The translations under genes were made by a program, and so were the position numbers. Source: Octopus sinensis (lineage: Eukaryota). Taken from it: 64,000 nucleotides of DNA. The stretch lies in NCBI RefSeq assembly GCF_006345805.1, contig NC_043004.1, forward strand, positions 17,918,001-17,982,000, in the 5' to 3' direction. The notes beneath the pieces are model-generated. The model made no database searches. It was not told where the DNA came from and saw only the letters and a list, made by a program, of their open reading frames with translations. Of this stretch, positions 12,091-26,010 are shown one piece after another; position 1 is the first letter of the stretch; each line of letters starts with the position of its first letter.

Positions 12091-14185
12091 GACGTCACTG
12101 GTGCCAAGCTGTATCGGCCTTTGCCTTTCCCTAAGATAACATCGGTGGCGTGGAAAGGGGAGGCTGTCACCCAGACTTGTGCATCGAAGGTTAACTTTCT
12201 AGGTGCAATCCCGTGGTCATTCATGACTGAAGGGGGTCACAACAACATCTAAATTTCCCCTAAGGTCAACCCGCACCTGCACGGTCAACTTTCTAAAAAC
12301 CACAAACCGTCCTATCATCTCCACTTGCAATTCTTCCACTTCATTATGCACAGCTATCTCGAAAAAACTTATGTCCGTCTTTGACGTTGTCCACCATCGC
12401 ACATAATGGACACAATGTTCTGTACAACAGCAGTTCCTTTTCCTTTCCTCCTGCACTTGTAAATTTCTCTTCACTAGGTCGAAAAATCCTTACATGCTGT
12501 CAACCCTCATAACACAGTGTATCAGCCCCAAATTCGTTTTTAACGACACAAACTCATAATTTCTGAACTTCACCTCTCAGAATTTTACTCTAATTTTCGT
12601 TTCCTTCGTCAATGCTTTCTTCTAACATTTTATTGGAGTATCCATGAACACCAGGATAGCCCCTAATTACGCCGACTTCATTGACCACGTTAGAGCCCAT
12701 ATTTTCATTGTTTGTTGACCGATCCTTGAGTTATACAGTGTATTGATTATGGTACTAACTCACTAGAAAGCAACTGACACTTTTTGTATCCCTTGTCAAC
12801 AACTTCCTTACCACACTAGAATTTCCTTCCAACACATTTTATATTTCCGTCAAGTACCAATACATCTCTGCTGTTATCGACATCTATCTCTCCACAACGG
12901 TCTACTAAAAATCCACTGGCTCTCACTTTTGTCTCAACTTTTCCTTTTCTCACACCACCTGCACCAAATCTGCCCGCCCATGATACAATTCTCCCGTCTG
13001 TCTTCTACAATAAAGACCCTGGTTTTGTTTCGAAATCGAAACAAATGCTCCGGTATTCCTTACGCGCTTTTACTGCAACATGATTTTTATTTTGCCCTCC
13101 ATCGAACTCGATGCATGAGCACGACACATGTCGTTCACGACACATGTCAGCCCTCCTACACCTTGTATTGTCTGTCACCTTACCTTCTACTCAGATTTTT
13201 AATCTGTTGAAAACACCTTCACAACTTCTATTTCTTAAGCTTCCACTTCTTTCATTGAATAGAGATAAAAATATACAAAACCTGCGATCTACTTTGAAAT
13301 CATTTTCTAACCTTCAACCACACCCAAACTGACACTTTCACATGTTATATATGTTACCAATCTCGTTCTCCTTACTTGTCCCTTTATCTCTCATACAACC
13401 ACTGCCGTAAGCCGCCAGTCTGCTGTCAAAATGGTTAACCAATTTGAGTAATTTTAATCTAATATTTTCCACAGCCTTGCAAACACCACGTTTGACGTAA
13501 TTAGGGGATCCAATAAATTGTTATCAGAAAGCATTGGCGAAAGAAACGAAAAATAGAGTAAAATTCGGAGAGATGGAGAATTTAAAAAATTATGAGTTTA
13601 TGGCGCTAAAAACGAATTTTGGGCTGATATGCAGTGTCATGGGGGTTGACAGTATGTAAGGATTTCCATAGCTAGCAAACCCCTTACGAAAGAAAAATCA
13701 GATTATGGGACAACATTACCTAATTTTTTCTCGAAAAGCTATACTCTATTTTTTTCTCGAAAAGCGTAATCACAGTTTGAAAATCTTCCACAACTGGTCT
13801 GCTGAATGAAGCCTGAATTGAGAGTAAAGTGTAACAAACTTAGAACGAGGAATGAATACCACGCTTCCATCTGCTTTCATAAATTTCTCTTCTTCCTACA
13901 TAATTTCAATTTTATTTCTCCGCGAGCAAGATATTTGTCTATTTTGAATTTCTCAAGACCATCTAAGCGTAGAATTTCTAGTTTAAATGCGTTTACTACT
14001 TGTCATCTTGACTTGTCATCTTGACTTGTCATCTCTACAATTAGCTGATGTTGAATCAACACACTTTGTTGATTATAGACATTTCTAATTAACAGCTTCA
14101 AGATTTAATGTTTTTAGCCATTACTTATTTAGAGAAATGATTATTTGAAGATAATATCTTTCAGCACCACTTATTATTTCGTGGA

Positions 14186-14555
14186 TGTGTGGTAAGTAGC
14201 TTGCTTACCAACCACATAGTTCCGGGTTCAGTCCCATTGCGTGGCACCTTGGGCAAGTGTCTTCTACTATAGCCTCGGGACGACCAAACACTTGTGAGTG
14301 GATTTGGTAGACGGAAACTGGAAGAAGCCCGTCGGATATATATGTGTGTGTGTATGTGTGTGTGTCTGTATTTATCCCTCCAACATCGCTCGACATCCGA
14401 CGCTAGTGTGTTTACGTCCCCGTAACTTAGCGGTTCGGCAAAAACAATCGATAGAATAAGTACTAGGCTTACAAAGAATAAATCCTGGGGTCCATTTGCT
14501 CGACTAAAGGTGATGCTCCAGCATGACCAGTCAAATGACTGAAACAAGTAAAAGA
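14186..14555 (+). mobile_element. SINE family A, complete
   Basis: Head, internal (TG)n, body ending AAATGACTGAAACAAGTAAAAG. Confidence 0.9.
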
Positions 14556-14755
14556 GCACCATAGCCGTACTGTTAAAAGGTTTTCTTCCCAAACGCGTGA
14601 AATTGAGTTCGATCCACTGTGTGGGACCTTCAGATTGTGACTTCTATTGTAACTTCGAATTAACCAAAGCTGTGATTTACAGATTGTAGAAACTAACTCT
14701 ATGTCGAAGAGCTTAATACACACGTGTACATATATACGTATGTGTGTGCGCGCGC

Positions 14756-14790
<35 letters not shown>

Positions 14791-15077
14791 GTGATTTTCA
14801 TATTTATCTAAGTAGCTGCATCACGTTTCACCCGTTTACATCAAGAAGTTAACAGCTTTTGGTTCATACAAATTACAAGGAAAGCTAAGTCGAACAACTC
14901 GATCCCAGAGTCTTTTTTTTTCTACGATATGGTACTTATTCAATCGTTCTCTTTTCTTACGGTCGAACGGCTAAGTTCCAGGGACGTATATAACCCAACA
15001 CCGGTTGTCAAGCGGTATGGGAGGACAAAATACGCGCTTGCGCACACGCACACACACACACATACACACACCACATA

Positions 15078-15128
<51 letters not shown>

Positions 15129-15318
15129 TCTGCCTGTCCACTGCCCTGGTTTCGTACTTTTTTCCCATCGATCTCGAAAGAATGAAAGGTAAGCTTGGTT
15201 TCGGTGAGGGTTGAACTCAAAGAGCCGAGATTGAGAACGAATACCGTGGAGCATTCTAATGTTTTCATGACTTGACTAATTTAATATACGACCTTACACA
15301 TACGTACACACACACACA

Positions 15319-15356
<38 letters not shown>

Positions 15357-15894
15357 GATAGAAAATTCAACAACAAAAAGTACTCCGTCTGGTCAGAGAT
15401 AAATATCCATTTAAAGGACACAATACATGTCTTTAAGTGCTACTAATAGTCTCATATCTTCAGAAATATCTCAAACATATTCATCAGACATAAACCACTT
15501 ATCATAACGAACTAAAAAAATATTGAATAAGAGAAGAAACGTGAAAAACTGAGAAGACAGCTTATAGAAAATGCGGAAGGTTAAATAAAACGGAAAATGA
15601 AAATACACACATACATTAATGAATACATACATGCATACATAAACATACATACATGCATAAACAGAAGCACTCGTGAAAACATTGTTACACACATACAAAT
15701 ATTCCAGCATATGTATATACAGACCTTCCTACGTACAAACATTCGTGTTTACATGCATACACGCATACATATGTACATATAGATATATAGATGCACATGC
15801 ACAAGCACTCATGCAAATATTCATACATACATACGTCCAAACATTCATACATGCATACATACACATATACAAACAAATATTTATGCATGTATAG

Positions 15895-15933
<39 letters not shown>

Positions 15934-16389
15934 TATATATAAATATATATATATATATACACAAACACACTACAAACATATGTTGTACAGTAGAATTCTT
16001 GAAAGACGTCAACCGATTTCATTTCTGACCAAACTGCCAAAGGCGATTTCACCAAAACGGTAACGAATATCTTCATACTTTTAATTCCGAATTGAGAATG
16101 AGATGTCGCGTTAAATAAATGGATCTTCCCTTTCACGACGTCATTCCTTCTCTCATCTCCTTTCTGCTACTTTCCATCTTGTACAAGACACACTTTGCTT
16201 CGTTTTTGTGGAGGAGGTAGAAGTATGTTGAATTTTTTGTCTGTGAAAGTTCAAATCCCAAAAAAGTTTAATTGTATTAATGAAAAGGGTTCCTCCTTCT
16301 TCGAACATTGTCATCTGCATTAATATTCAATGTAGAACTTAGGGGAGGTTCAAATCTAGTTAAAGGTACGTATTGTCTTTCATCTTATA

Positions 16390-16570
16390 CTTGAGTCTTT
16401 AGACTGCGGCCATGCTGGGGCACCGCCTTGAAGAATTTTAACCGAACAAATCGTCGATCCAGTACAAGTTTGAAAGCCTGGTACTTGTTCTATCGGCCTT
16501 TTTTGCCGAACTGGCAAGTTATGGTAACGTAAACGCACTAACATCGGTTGTCAAGTGGTGGTGGGGAATA
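16390..16570 (-). mobile_element. SINE family A body fragment
   Basis: GACTGCGGCCATGCTGGGGCACCGCC...CGGTTGTCAAG. Confidence 0.8.
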
Positions 16571-16618
16571 GACACATTCGCATATACTTAAACTTGCACT
16601 CATGTACACATACATATA

Positions 16619-16652
<34 letters not shown>

Positions 16653-17143
16653 CATACAAACGCATACACACACGCACGCATTCACACACACACACAGAGT
16701 AATGTATTAATATATTTTTATATTTAAGATATATATTATAGCATTTGTATATATTAATCTAATACTAGACAGTTATATACAATATATAATATAATACTAA
16801 ATTTATTTAGTAATACATTGAAATATTATAAATATCCTTATTAATATACTAATTCAAACTTACGAATCAGTCAGTTCCAATAAAAGTTTTCTTCAAAATT
16901 CAATAACATAAAACGTATGGATCATGTTATAAAGATGGGTAAATTGTGCTTATGTCATTATCTATAACTTCAAAGTTTTGCCACAACATTATGTATCTAT
17001 GAATTTATTTGATTTCGGATCAATTTATTGAGTAATTTATGTTTCTTAATTAATGATCCATTAAGTAACATGTATATGAATTCAAATATATAGAGAGAGA
17101 TACACACATACATATGTAATATATATGCACATATACGTATAGA

Positions 17144-17182
<39 letters not shown>

Positions 17183-17199
17183 TATATATACATATATGA

Positions 17200-18322
17200 C
17201 AGCTACACGAGAAAAGCCATTGTCAAGAAGACTTACTGAAATGATTCATGATTGTTGCCATGTGATGATCTTATATGACATTTAAGCCCGGCCAAGCTTT
17301 TACACATTTATTACATACTAGACAACTGCACTGGCTGGCAGGAGAAACAGGTGCTACCATATGCACTCTCTTAACATGTCTTTTTAGACCTCCAGTAACA
17401 GCTAGCCGACAGATGCTGCGATAATTATCACAGACATCCTTTCTACCTGCAGATTTGTATAGTATCTCCACAGTTGCATCACGCCAATCCGGAGGAACCT
17501 CTTCACTTTGCCAAACCCTCTGAATCACATCCGTCAACATTGCACAAAGATGATTACCACCATATTTATATATCTCTGCACCTAGTCCATCCATACCAGG
17601 GGCCTTACCATTGTTCAATTTCCTGATTGCTCTTTTTATTTCAGCCAGGTTTGGAACGTCTGTTATAAGATGTTTTATTGGTCTCTCGGGTATATTATCA
17701 AGAAAAGAGAGATCAACTTCAGCGGGTCTATTGAGCGATTCATCGAAATATTCTTTCCTAATAATATCTTTAGGATTTGTTAATAATTCTATGCCATCCT
17801 TGCTCCGAACTAGCGCAACCTTTGATGAAACTGGTCCATAAACTTTTTCAAGAGAGTAAAAAAGTTTGGAATTGTTAGCATTTGAAGCTCCTTCGATTTC
17901 ATCGCATCTATCACTCCACTAATTTTCCTGCATTATCCATAGCTTCCTCAGCACTGTTGCTTTTACTGCCTTGAAGTGTGTAGCCACTGTCCTGTTCGTT
18001 GACATGTCAACATTCTGCAACATGTTAAATGTCTTTCGCTTCTCTTCTAAGATAAGATTAACTTTTTCATCATTATCGTCATACCAATCTTGGTGGTTTT
18101 TTTTACAACAAAACCAAAAATGTTGCTATAAATCTCGTACACTCTTCCTTTGAATGACTTCCAGCTTCCACCAAAGGACAAATTATTTATCTCACTCACA
18201 AACTCACTGCGTTCTGACGGAATTTTAAGTTTATTCACATCAATGCTTGACAACAAAAGTCACCTTGGTACGCAAAAGCCTATGCTCAGTCCAGCACTCT
18301 GCACCACCCATCACTCGTACAA
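17200..18322 (-). mobile_element. RTE-clade LINE fragment: end of APE domain, linker and RT motif 0 fused to C-terminal tail
   Basis: VRVMGGAECWTEHRLL, HQDWYDDND, KAPGMDGLGAEIYK, DNYRSI, then directly LKRHVKRVH..CLVCNKC. Confidence 0.85.
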
Positions 18323-19100
18323 TAGCATCTGTCTGTTAGCTGTTGTTGGAAAGGTCCTCTGTAGGGTAATGCTGGATAGATTGCTTCTGCACATTGCTGA
18401 TGAGGTTCTACCAGAATCGCAATGTGGGTTTAGGGATAGTAGGAGTACTATGGATATGATACTTTCGGCTAGGCAGTTGCAAGAGAAGTGCATTGAACAG
18501 GATATGGATTTATACCAGGTTTTCATTGACCTAACAAAAGCGTTTGGTTCTATCAATAGAATTGTACTTTGGAAGATCCTAAAAAAGCTGGGATGCCCTG
18601 AAAAATTTGTGAGAATGCTTAGACAATTTCATGACAAGATGGATGTGAGAGTTAATGTTAGAGGTACCTTATCAGATCCAATTTCTGTACAAAATGGTGT
18701 ATAGAAAGGTGATATTCTTGCTCCTACACTGTTTGCTATATATTTCGCAGTAGTCATTCAAATACCTTTTAAAGATTGCCCTGAAGGGGTCTATATAAGA
18801 TATAGGGCAACAGGAAAACTGTTCAACTTCAAAAGACTCTGTGCCAAAATGAAAGTTCTGCATTCTCACCTTGTTGAGTTTCTGTATGCAGACGATTGTG
18901 ACCTGTTGGCACATTCCCAGAAAGATATGCAGCACATGGTGAATGCGATTTCTGCGGCATATACAGCATTGGGTCTAACAATCAATCTAAAAAAAACTGT
19001 TATAATGTACCAGCCCGATCCCTCTAAGATGTATGTGGAACCTTTTATAACTGTGAATGGTCAAAGGTTGGAGACTGTGCCTAGATTCATTTATTTAGGA
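18323..19100 (+). mobile_element. RTE-clade LINE reverse transcriptase core (pseudogene)
   Basis: LPESQCGFR, FIDLTKAF, GV*KGDILAPTLF, LYADD, GLTINLKKT, FIYLG. Confidence 0.95.
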
Positions 19101-19189
19101 AATATACATGTATATGCACATATATTCATATAGACATCCATATTCACATACATACATACATATATATCTCTCTTCCTCTCTCTCTTTCC

Positions 19190-20275
19190 CCGTCTGTCTT
19201 GATAGACAATGGGTCGCGCCAAGGGTGGGGCCTACTTTGATGATGAGCAGCGTCTGCTGTGACTGAACAGTCCAATTCTAGAGTGGCGGTCCTTGGTACA
19301 GTTGCTGCACACGAACATCGATGGGTACGTGTGGGGTGTTGCTGCAGTTGTCCTCCTCCTGTCCCGCCTGTCCGACCACAGCTGTGCTCTCCTTTCCTCA
19401 GCCATGGAAACTCCTTTCCTCACTGTCCGACGCCAGGCAGAGCGGTCAGCAGCTGTTTCCTCCCACGTGTCCACACAGATGTTGGCAGTCCTCAGGTCGC
19501 GCTTGCACACATCCCTGTATCGTAGCTGTGGACGTCCCTTGGGTCGGGATCCCGTGGTGAGTTCGCTGTACAGGATGTCTTTAGGCATGCGACCGTCCTG
19601 CATGCGGCAGACGTGTCCGAGCCAGCGCAGTCGTCTCTGCACGAGGAGGGCATGCATGCTTGGCATATTAGTCTGTTCTAGGATGACTCAGTTTGGTACT
19701 CGGTCCTTCCAGGAGATGCCAACGATCCGTCGAAGACACCGCATGTGGAAGCCGCTGAGGCGGCATTCTTGCCGGGTGCATGTTGTCCAGCTCTCGCTGC
19801 CGTAGAGTAGGGTGCTCAGCACGCAGGCTCGGTACACTGCGATCTTGGTGGTTATTGTGAGCATGTTGTTTTCCCACACTCTCCTGGAGAGCTTAGCTAT
19901 GGCAGCAGCAGCCTTCCCAATCCGTCTGTTCAGCTCCGGCTCGAGGGACAGGCTGCTGGAGACCGTCGATCCCAGGTAAGTGAACTCGTTCACCACCTGC
20001 AAGCTGTGGTCGCCGACACTGATGCTGGGGACCCCTCCGACGTCCTGGCCCATGATCTCTGTCTTTTTCAGGCTGATGGTAAGGCCGAACTCTTGGCAGG
20101 CATCCGCCAGGGAGCTGACCAGCCTCTGGAGACCCGGCTGGCTGTGTGATGTTAGGGTGGCATCGTCAGCAAAGAGGATCTCTCTGATCAGCACCTGACG
20201 GACTTTGGTCTTAGCTCTGAGGCGCGCAAGATTGAACAATCCACCATCAGCCCTGGTGTGGAGGAACACTCCGTC
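19190..20275 (-). mobile_element. 5'-truncated GC-rich RTE LINE (second subfamily)
   Basis: LFADD, GLTISLKKT, FTYLGS, LLYGSESW, RRLRWLGHVCRM, CSNC..HSRIGLFSH; one frameshift near 19690; short 3' UTR. Confidence 0.95.
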
Positions 20276-20749
20276 TATATATATATATATTATATATATA
20301 TATATATATATACGCCGACACACATACATACACATTAGATACATTATATATAAGTGAGTATACATTTACCTTAATATGTAAAAATAAAAATAACACATAT
20401 ATATCTATTTATACATACCCAGCCACATATCTGAATATACGCACCTACACACACATATATACACATTAGATTCATCATATGTGAGCATACATTTATCTAA
20501 ATATATAAAAAATAAACATAACAATAAATAATTAACAGATAATTAGATATTCTTTCATATATATATATATATACACCTACATACTTCCCCAAATGTATTC
20601 ACATAAATATATATGTAAAAATAAGTTTATAAAAATAAAAAGTAAATATATATGTAGTTATATAACTATTATATTGTAATACAATTTAAATAGATATTGA
20701 TGTAAGTTAACCTACTCACAATATTCTATTCCAATCAATCCTTTCTTCT

Positions 20750-20955
20750 GCAGGCACAAGGCCTGAAATTCTTGGGGAGGTGTACGTCGATCACATCAAC
20801 CCCAGTACTTCACTGGTACTTAATTTATCGAACCCGAAAGGGTGAACGGCAAAGTCGACCTCTGCGGAATTTGAACTCAGAATGTAGCTACAGACAAAAT
20901 ACCTCTAAGCATTTCACCCAGCGTTCTAACAACCCTGCCATCTCGCCGCCTCAAT
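20750..20955 (-). mobile_element. SINE family C
   Basis: GGCGGCGAGATGGCAG...GAGTTCAAATTCCGC..GTCGACTTTGCC..TCGATAAATTAAGTACCAG; recurs about 8 times. Confidence 0.85.
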
Positions 20956-20999
20956 TTACTAAATAATAATACATATAGATATATATATGTACTTATACA

Positions 21000-21091
<92 letters not shown>

Positions 21092-21116
21092 CTATCTATC
21101 TATCTATCTATCTATC

Positions 21117-21147
<31 letters not shown>

Positions 21148-21264
21148 GCACACATACATATACATGTAGATATATAAATTATAAATTCAAACCTACATAT
21201 ATTCATATACACACGTACACAATCTAAACAATATATAATATAAAATATATAACATAAGAAATAT

Positions 21265-22050
21265 TTAATCAATATAATCCTTCAAATAGTCAATTTGATT
21301 ATATTTTCTAAACATGTATTTTGAAGAGTGTTTACAAAATAAAATGCGTTCCTGTCTGTCAAAAAATTTCTTTACCGATGTTAAAATTTGACCTATTTCT
21401 CCCACACAAAATTGCATGCTATCATCAATTTTATAAGATCTAACATGACGAAGTATTTGCCAGTTAAGCTTATACAATTTATTATCCTTTAACTTCCATA
21501 TAAACCTACTTAAACTGGTGTTATTCAACATATCCCTGTTCCTAAAAGTGTATTCATGGTTTACAATATGTGTTTTAATAAAATTTTCAGTTGACCTAAT
21601 GTAAAAATAAGTATTCACTTCAGATTCAACTCTACATCTATATACAAGGTTATTTTGCATACATAAATTATTGAAGTAACATCTTTAAATCCACAATCAC
21701 AAGTTCTAGCTATATAATTATCATTAGGTGCATTAATAATTGAATTATTTCTCTTACTATTAAAAATGTCTAGTTTTTTGTTATTAATCGAAAAGGTTAT
21801 TCAAAATATGTCGTTAGATACTGAAAAACCAATTCTAACAGTTTTAATATTATTTTATTATATCTATTTTCGTTATTAAAATGTTTAGATATAGATCTGT
21901 AAAAAAGCTTATCCAAATTAGTTTTCATTTGGTTTGCAAAAGGAATAATAAACCAAATACTATTGCCATTATCAAAATTATCATTATTTGATTTATCAAA
22001 ATTTACATATGGGGTATACTTTTAGCCTTAAACTTAAGCTTATTTTTATA
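21265..22050 (-). mobile_element. Penelope-like element remnant: RT thumb, Cys linker, GIY-YIG endonuclease
   Basis: SIWFIIPFANQMKTNL..KHF (thumb), RTCDCG (linker), LVYRCRVE..YFYIRSTENFIK..NHEYTFRN..TSLSRFIWKLKD..NWQIL..QFC..E..I..FCKHSSK; 3' end runs into (TA)n. Confidence 0.8.
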
Positions 22051-22878
22051 CAGAATATTATAATTATTATACTTATTATGACCATTATTATTACTATTAT
22101 CCTTATCGTTATACTGATTTAAGATATCCACATTATTGGTATTGATTTCAGATTTATAGATTTACATTATATTTTACTCTACTCTTAATTTGGGATTTAA
22201 AAGATCACAATGAACAATTTCATTTAGAATGGTTGATCCTCTCAATTTCGATACCATATGACAAAGGCAAGAAATTCTGTCTTTTCTGCAATTCTGAGCT
22301 ATTTTTCATTATTTTTTCTAAAAATACTCTAGTAAACACGGTTATAGAACGAGCATACAGATGTAAGCATTGGCAGAAACATACTTTTAGTGCATATAAG
22401 TAGTCTCTATCATTATATATAGTTTAAACTTTAATTTCCTTTATATTTAACATTCACTATTAATATCCCTACTCTTTCTGTTAGCTACTTCTGACGTTAT
22501 ATCATATAACGTTTTTTTAAACAATATTAATAGCGTTCTGTCTATCGCTATACAAATCCATCATTTTTTGCTAAAATGTCGTATTGACGAGTTTCGTTTT
22601 TTCACTTTCCCGAAGAGAAGATTGCATTGTTTATACCTTTTATTCTTTTGAATAGTATCAGTGGAATTTTCGAAACATATGTAGAAAGTAAAAATACTTG
22701 TTTAAACCTGCGTTAACTCCATTTTTTATTCATATTATTCAAAATATTCAACGTAAACACGAAGTTTCAAACCTTTATAAACAAGGAGTTACAACATCTT
22801 TACTTGTGAGATTTTTGCTGCCCTGGTAACAATTTATTTATTTTTCCGTGTTAATTGTTAACAAGGTAAAATACACTC

Positions 22879-22937
<59 letters not shown>

Positions 22938-22940
<3 letters not shown>

Positions 22941-23330
22941 CGGGCTTTTTCCAGTTTCCATCTACCAAATCCACTCACATGGCTTTGGTCAGCCCGAGGC
23001 TATAGTAGAAGACACTTGCCAAGGTATCACGCAGTAGGACTGAACATGGAACCATGTGGTTGAGAAGCAAGCTTCTTACCACGCAGCCACACTCGCGCCT
23101 ATATATATATGTGTGTGTGTGTGTATCTTTGTTCTGTCCTCCACCACCACGTGGCAACTGGTATTGGTGTGATTACATCCCCGTAACTTTGGGGTTTGGC
23201 AAAGAGACCGATAAAATAAGTACTAAGTTTTAAAAATATATGTTTGGGGTCCATTTGTTCGACTAAAACCCTTCAAGGCGGTGCCCCAGCATGGCCACAG
23301 TCAAATGACTGAAACAAGTAAAAGATAAAA
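22938..23330. mobile_element. SINE family A with head inverted relative to body
   Basis: Head on - (22938-23100) between two (AT)n tracts; body on + (23120-23330). Confidence 0.85.
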
Positions 23331-24299
23331 GATAGATCTTGATTTTTGTGGGCCTCTCTTCATTTGCATTCTGAGACCAACCAGAAGCAAATCAATTCTC
23401 TGTTTCCTCAGCGCATCACGGCAAGCGAGCTTGCCAATATTTATGTTATTGAGAATTTAAGTCAAAATTACGTTTTACAAACATTTAAGAATGTTTTTAA
23501 AAAATTCCTGATGTGAAATCGTCTGTTGAAACAGATGTTGTTATATTCCGGGATGGTCATTTATTTTTTGCCAAATACACACACAAACTATATATTCGTT
23601 CTTCACTTTATTATTATTATTGTTGTTTTAATTTATGTACATTGTCTAGAAACCTTTCGTCACATACCTATGAACCTTCAGGAACTCCTCATCCCACGCG
23701 TCTGCTGTTCCGTTCAGAGTGGACTAAACACATGAGACACATTGATTGGAGAGTCTTTGAATAGGTCACACGTGTGTGACTAAATATTCCCAGACAATAG
23801 ACATTAAAAACGAACAATAATAAACACGTGAAGAACGAATATATAGTTTGTGTATTTATTTGGCAAAAAAAGAAAAACGACCATGCCGAAATATAAACAA
23901 TACGTTTTTCAAAGTTATTAAACATTTATGAAGAGGGAAGTTAGAACAATGTGAAGTTCGGACGCCTTCAGCTACATTTAATTTTTTTTCTTGCTAAAGT
24001 TGTGCACAGAATCATTCTTGTACGTGACTATTTCCGACCAGTCAAAAACTGATAAAAAAATAGTGACGGCTTATTTCTACTCTGAATCTTTGATCCACAA
24101 TGAAGTCTGAATTCTCTCATTTATAATATTTAGAAACATCCACATATCATAACAAGCATTTTGATTTTCCTGCTGTCTCTCATCTAATAGTGTTTTTAAA
24201 TAATGTATTGATGAGGATGATTATTTAGTATTTAATATAAAACATACAGTAAAAGATCAAATCCATTCAAAGTATAGTATTGTTTTTTTTTCTCTTCTA

Positions 24300-24670
24300 A
24301 GCACAAGGCCCGAGATTTTGGGGCAGAGGGCCAGTCCATTAGATCGACCGCAGTACGCAGATTGGTACTTAATTTATTGACCCCGAAAGGATGAAAGGCA
24401 AAGTCAACCTCGGCGGAATTTGAATTGACGAAATACCTATTTCTTTACTACCCACAAAGGGCTAAACACAGAGGGGACAAACAAGGACAGACAAACGGAT
24501 TAAGTCGATTGCATCGACCCCAGTGCGTAACTGGTACTTATTTAATTGATCCTGAAAGGATGAAAGGCAAAGTCGACCTCGGCGGAATTTGAACTCAGAA
24601 CGTAGCGGCAGAGGAAATCCCGCTAAGCTTTTCGCCCGGCGTTCTAACGTTTCTGCCAGCTCGCCGCCTT
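24300..24670 (-). mobile_element. SINE family C with internal duplication
   Basis: Two copies of GAAAGGATGAAAGGCAAAGTC.ACCTCGGCGGAATTTGAA. Confidence 0.88.
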
Positions 24671-24711
24671 CAAAGTATAGTATTCTACTCAGTATTTATA
24701 CTTGATAGTGA

Positions 24712-25020
24712 AAGCCCGTGGCTTAGCGGTTAGGGTATTCGGCTCACGATCTTGTGGTCATGAGCTCGATTCGTGGCGGCGCTTTGCGTCCTTAAGCAAG
24801 ACACTTTATTTCATATTGCTTCAGTCCACTCAGCAGGTAAGTTCTACTTTGTAATTCAAAGAGCCTGCCTAATCACATTCTGTGTCATGCTGAATCTACC
24901 TGACATTAAGGGTATGTGTGTCTGTGGAGTATTCAGCCACTTGCACGTTAATTTCACGAGCGGGGGTTCCGTTGATCGGAGCGACTGGACCACATCGTCG
25001 TGACCGACAGATTACCAGTT
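24712..25020 (+). mobile_element. SINE family B
   Basis: GTGGCTTAGCGGTTAGGGTATTCGGCTCACGATC..GAGCTCGATTC tRNA-like head plus conserved body. Confidence 0.85.
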
Positions 25021-25429
25021 GTACAAGATAATGATGAATCCAGCACCTTATCTATAGTAAGCTCGCTTTGTAACTACGAGGTTTCATGTTCAGTCCCGCT
25101 GCGCAACACTAATGCATTCTGAGTGAATTTGATAAGCAGAAACTGTATGGAAACCCGTCGTATCTATATGCATATGTGTGCATGTCTTTGCATTTCTGTT
25201 CATCATTCCCCCGTCCCACCGCTTCACAACATTTGTTGGTTTGTTTACGTCCCCGTCACTTAACGGTTCGACAAATCCGTTAAAATGAGTGCCCGAATTA
25301 AAAAAAAAAACATTCGATGCGCAGTCCAGTTATTAAAACAAGTAAAATGATGAAAGATAACGCAGAATCAGATCTCATCTACGACCAAATCCGAAGACGG
25401 TTTCATCAGAAATGTGATGGTGCAGTCAT

Positions 25430-25581
25430 AGCTGTGTGGTAAGAAGCTTGCTTCCCAACCGATATGTCCTTGGTTAAGTCCCACTATGTGGCACCTTGGG
25501 CAAGTGTCCTCTGTTTATAGCCTTGGGAAGACCAAAGCCTTGTGAGTGGATTTGGCAGACGGAAACTGAAAGAAACCCGTC

Positions 25582-25650
<69 letters not shown>

Positions 25651-25976
25651 TATATTATATATATATATTACATTATATAATTAGGGTTCAATAGAAAAAT
25701 TTACTTTACCACACACACCGAACTTTTAGAAATAGCAGCCAAATAATTTAGCTACTTCCTCTACTATAAGAAGAGTCTCCCAGACAATGTATACTCAAAA
25801 ACAATTCACGTAGGTAAATTCGGTATGTTAAACAATACATTTTTTACTGACCCTAATTATATAATGTAATGTTTTAAAAATACCGTAAATGGTCTTTTCA
25901 CATACTGAACACTACTTGGTAAAATTATTAATTAATAATTAATTAATTTTACCCTTTTATTATTGACAATATATAT

Positions 25977-26010
<34 letters not shown>

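Noticed and set aside
11280-13400. Purine-rich stretches that may be very old LINE coding sequence (also 7850-8300 and 51450-51870)
   Set aside because: No motif could be read with confidence; needs a translated search.
23645-23700. CTGAAGG..TGAC-GAAAG-GTTT-CTA on minus
   Set aside because: A9 is missing and stem I has only 2 bp; cannot be distinguished from chance.
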